Shown piece by piece: positions 60,976 to 64,000 of a stretch of DNA of 64,000 nucleotides. The first letter of the stretch is position 1. Every line of letters starts with the position of its first letter. Made by a program: the position numbers and the translations under genes. The stretch lies in IMG/VR virus record IMGVR_UViG_3300034355_000834. One strand, given 5' to 3'. The notes beneath the pieces were generated by a model. That model did no database searches, was not told where the DNA came from, and saw only the letters and a list, made by a program, of their open reading frames with translations. The DNA comes from an uncultured virus (IMG/VR IMGVR_UViG_3300034355_000834) (Duplodnaviria > Heunggongvirae > Uroviricota > Caudoviricetes).

Positions 60976-61003
60976 TTGACATTCTCAAATCTTTCTGTAT
61001 AAT
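60976..61003 (+). promoter_or_regulatory. Sigma70-type early promoter
   Basis: TTGACA-N16-TATAAT with TTCTG. Confidence 0.8.
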
Positions 61004-61040
61004 ACGCATTTCTTAAATTACTTTAATCGGAAACAACATC

Positions 61041-61478
61041 ATGAATACAAAAATCATCATTGCATCGGTTCTTGCATCTACGCTCATCGGTTGCGGAGAA
61101 GATAAGGTCACCAATAATGATCCAATAATGGTAAGAAGTGCAAAAATGTCCAGCCTATGCCATGGTTATTATGCTAATCTGATTGATTATTTGGATGACA
61201 ATGGAAACATCTTCAATGACCAAAAGAACCTAAAGACTATCGCAGAAAAAATCAACGAGGTGTACGAAGATTCTCTTGATAATTTTTTGAATGAGGGAGC
61301 TATTACTGATAAAATCATCGCCGAAGATATGGAAAAAGCGAAAACCGCATTTGCAACCTCTTCAGCAGATGCAGTAAAAATGTATGATTCAGCACATACT
61401 CCATGTGGCACCAACGTAACGAACATTCTATCACCACAAGAATTCTTGAAACTAAGCGATAGTTGGAAAGAAGATTAA
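61041..61478 (+). CDS. Putative lipoprotein
   Basis: MNTK, a hydrophobic stretch and a LIGC lipobox. Confidence 0.75.
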   Translation: MNTKIIIASVLASTLIGCGEDKVTNNDPIMVRSAKMSSLCHGYYANLIDYLDDNGNIFNDQKNLKTIAEKINEVYEDSLDNFLNEGAITDKIIAEDMEKAKTAFATSSADAVKMYDSAHTPCGTNVTNILSPQEFLKLSDSWKED

Positions 61479-61494
61479 ATCTATCTCTCTTCTT

Positions 61495-61524
61495 AAAAAG
61501 GCGGTTAAATTTAACCGCCTTTTT
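61495..61524. terminator. Intrinsic terminator (perfect 30-bp palindrome)
   Basis: AAAAAGGCGGTTAAA/TTTAACCGCCTTTTT. Confidence 0.85.
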
Positions 61525-61546
61525 CATGCTTGCTAAATATGCAACA

Positions 61547-62086
61547 ATGTCAAGCAAATCAAAAACAAAAGGATCAAATTTTGAAAGAGCTTATTCTACG
61601 TTCTTATCAGAATTATTCGGTTCTCCTTTTATTCGTGTGCCCAATTCAGGTGCATTCGTCGGAGGTAAAAACATCGTCCGAAAAGCTAAATTGGATGAGA
61701 ATCAAGCAAAAACCTTCAAGGGTGATATTATTCCACCTGATACTTGGGTTAATTGGAATTGTGAGTGCAAATCATACGCCGATTTCCCGTTTCATCAGCT
61801 ATTCAGCGGTGAAGTGAAGATTCTTGATACATGGATTGAACAGTGCCTAATCGTGGCAGATAAGGATGATTTTAGCTTTATTGCGTTCAAGATCAATCGC
61901 AAAGGCACATTCATTGCTGTAAAAAAATATCACGCTGACATGAAGTTTATAAATAACTTTACATACAACAGCGAAAAAAATGGAGAATGGATAATAATGG
62001 ACTCAAGTGAGTTTTGGCAAATGAATGCCGATGTTGTTCGTTCTGTATGTGAAGAATTAAAAGAAAAAAGTAAAATTAACACTTGA
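61547..62086 (+). CDS. Holliday junction resolvase-like PD-(D/E)XK nuclease
   Basis: SKTKGSNFER, RVPNSGA, GDII and ECKSY; start set at ATG 61547 after TAAATA. Confidence 0.8.
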   Translation: MSSKSKTKGSNFERAYSTFLSELFGSPFIRVPNSGAFVGGKNIVRKAKLDENQAKTFKGDIIPPDTWVNWNCECKSYADFPFHQLFSGEVKILDTWIEQCLIVADKDDFSFIAFKINRKGTFIAVKKYHADMKFINNFTYNSEKNGEWIIMDSSEFWQMNADVVRSVCEELKEKSKINT

Positions 62087-62119
62087 CACATTGTAGTGAT
62101 ATATATTACTATACAAGCA

Positions 62120-63150
62120 TAGAAATTAGTAAGGCATCTTTAAGTAAGGCATCAAAAAACAGGCATCAAATTAAATCTATCACTGTGTAATACGGTGATA
62201 GGGTATCCGGGTACAACGGATTCCTTAATGCACGATAGTTTGGCACTCTGTGCTACTATTGTTCCAACCGAGTAGTTATTTAATTACTTTGAATTTTTAG
62301 TTGGTATGTGCAAAATGTAATCGTAATAATAACACTGAGGGGATAATCGACCCGTCGCGAATAAATGACGGTCCTTGGGGTTCGGCTGAAATCGAATTTC
62401 TAACATCAGATTCCCGTTTATGGACTCGAAACTGTTTCCAGTGAAAACCCGGCCACGTCGTGATGACGCGCCCGAAACAGAAAGTAGATGAGATTGGACT
62501 GCTAGATTCCGTGAGTACCGGAGCTACCATAAATATCTGATGCCCTCAACAAAATAAGACTCTTAGGTGGAAGCGGAATAACGAGTATCCACCCCCATTG
62601 AGACTGCTGAGTTATGCTCATTGCCGTCGGATTCTTGGGTGTCACGCTATTAGTAATTGCAGGGCAGGGCTGTCGTTACTAAGCAGTTAGGACCTAACTT
62701 TAGGGTCTGAATGATGAGGGCAATGTGAAACAGATACAACCCTCACGTGCGTTATCTTTGTAGTCGGTAGGGGATAACCACGTTCCGTTGTGAGCCAAGA
62801 CTGAGATAGGGGGTACAGCACAACCGCCTCCGTTGTTACTTAAGGATGAAGTAATGAATTCTCTAATACTGATGTGCGATTCGAACTCAAGAGATGACAT
62901 GCAAGCATGTTTTTTTGAATTCTTTACTTCCTTTGTGGGGTAGAATTGTTCTTCTTGCCCGTAAGGGCAAGATTGAGCGAAGAATCTAAGAGAGACATCC
63001 GACGACAATTGATTATAACAACACTCTTCAAAAACATAATGAAACATAATTCATTATATCTATCTTAATTAAAGCTAATTAACCGTAAGAAAATAAAGCG
63101 AGGTGATGAACGAAGTGAATCACCGAAGCAGATGAGCTTTAGCTCATCTT
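62120..63150 (+). ncRNA. Candidate large structured non-coding RNA (family unassigned)
   Basis: No credible ORF, GC higher than the flanks, many nested stems with plus-strand G-U pairs, and TTGACA-N18-TACTAT at 62083. Confidence 0.5.
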
Positions 63151-63258
63151 TAATCTATCAATACAATCAAACATTATCAATAGTAATAGAATAATCCTTT
63201 TGACATTATGGATTCCTATGCCTAAAATTCAGTATCAAAAATGACATTGTTTCAGGCA

Positions 63259-63285
63259 TAAAAAAGCACTCAGAATAGAGTGCTT
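63259..63285 (-). terminator. Intrinsic terminator of the minus-strand operon
   Basis: AAAGCACTC-AGAATA-GAGTGCTTT stem followed by a T-run on the minus strand. Confidence 0.7.
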
Positions 63286-63308
63286 TAATATCATATTCGC
63301 TAATAATA

Positions 63309-63542
63309 TCAAAAAAAGTTGAGGCCCGTCCGTTTCGTCACATCGAGATTGTCCTTGATCAATTCATTAACTGTCATTCTGTCATCATAACTTAGCATCA
63401 TAGCTTCTGAATAACTCATTCCTCCTCTCATATACCATGTAGTCTTAATAGCATCCGCTGCTATATCTCTCGCCTCCTTCTTCATTTTGTCAATGATGTC
63501 AGTAACCTTTGCGGGATCACCTAAGAGGCGTCTTCGAAAAAA
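63309..63542 (-). CDS. gp51-like baseplate hub assembly ORF, probably the -1 frameshift extension of the upstream gene
   Basis: WYMRGGMSYSEAMMLS..DR....LIKDN; frame is open through a TTTTTTC site at the end of the upstream gene. Confidence 0.65.
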   Translation of the reverse strand, partial: FFRRRLLGDPAKVTDIIDKMKKEARDIAADAIKTTWYMRGGMSYSEAMMLSYDDRMTVNELIKDNLDVTKRTGLNFF

Positions 63543-64000
63543 TTGGATATATCCAACGTAAACTCCTGTGTATATTCGTGTTCGCAGTGTGGGCAAATCA
63601 CGTCTAATGGCTTTAGGTCAGATTTCTTTCGGACATCAATTCCGTGATCGCGGATAGCAGTATATTGAGCTTTGGGACAATTCTTTAAGAACTCAAGTAT
63701 AAATTCAAAATCAGCAACAATGGCTGATGGGGTAGTTATTGAAGAAATAGTATGGGCAATACTTCTCATAGTTAAATCTGAAATTCTTCTGTAAGCATCA
63801 CCCAACGCCTTTGCTCGTTCCTCGTCTTCCATTTCGCTATTACCGGATATAGCATCAAGTGTGCGTTGATCAAAAAAATTGGAACGATTGACATCATTCA
63901 ACATTGTGTACGTTAGTGGTCTAAATGAAAACGATAGATCACCCATTTCTAGTGGCTGACTATAATCTACTGGTTGCATTGATCCTAATACAGTTTGAAG
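63521..64000 (-). CDS. gp26-like baseplate hub/tail assembly chaperone (5' end outside the window)
   Basis: FRPLTY, CPHC zinc motif and terminal LDISNFF; frame is open to the window edge. Confidence 0.72.
   Translation of the reverse strand, partial: LQTVLGSMQPVDYSQPLEMGDLSFSFRPLTYTMLNDVNRSNFFDQRTLDAISGNSEMEDEERAKALGDAYRRISDLTMRSIAHTISSITTPSAIVADFEFILEFLKNCPKAQYTAIRDHGIDVRKKSDLKPLDVICPHCEHEYTQEFTLDISNFFEDAS

Noticed and set aside
62860..62900. tRNA or tmRNA suggested by a TTCGAA T-loop-like motif
   Set aside because: No cloverleaf, acceptor stem or CCA end could be built by eye.
62297..63047. ORFs 62297-62530 and 62700-63047 on the minus strand
   Set aside because: No RBS, no recognisable motifs and unusual composition; they overlap the structured region.
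1..64000. Stop-codon reassignment (alternative genetic code)
   Set aside because: Conserved genes are full length in the standard code, coding density is high, and TAA, TAG and TGA all terminate genes.

Overview
This is a segment of a large, AT-rich, T4-like (myovirus) phage genome read in the standard genetic code. It holds a tail-fibre module, a baseplate/tail cluster (a 4896-aa protein plus gp6-, gp25-, gp5-, gp53- and gp26/51-like genes), a gp55-like late sigma factor, gp46/gp47, ThyX with an HNH intein, dCMP deaminase, a MoxR AAA/VWA pair, a GH19 endolysin and two free-standing homing endonucleases. Auxiliary genes include ahcY, a QueF-like protein, a parvulin, a 2OG-Fe(II) oxygenase and a 24-aa PqqA peptide missed by the ORF track, which suggests a PQQ-using, possibly methylotrophic, host. 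The most striking locus is 54.4-60.5 kb: an SF2 helicase, a methyltransferase-fold gene and a PD-(D/E)XK nuclease. The C-terminal NPPF plus target-recognition half of the MTase-fold gene recurs as three further headless cassettes. Each cassette starts at the same ~54-bp repeat and is preceded by the palindrome GGACAT-GG-ATGTCC. The layout resembles an integron and suggests a switchable-specificity restriction-like system. The nuclease gene is interrupted by a ~470-bp antisense insertion resembling a tnpB 3' remnant with its omegaRNA. A ~1.1-kb structured non-coding region at 62.1-63.2 kb is a candidate large ncRNA. All family calls come from motif recognition by eye; no database searches were run.
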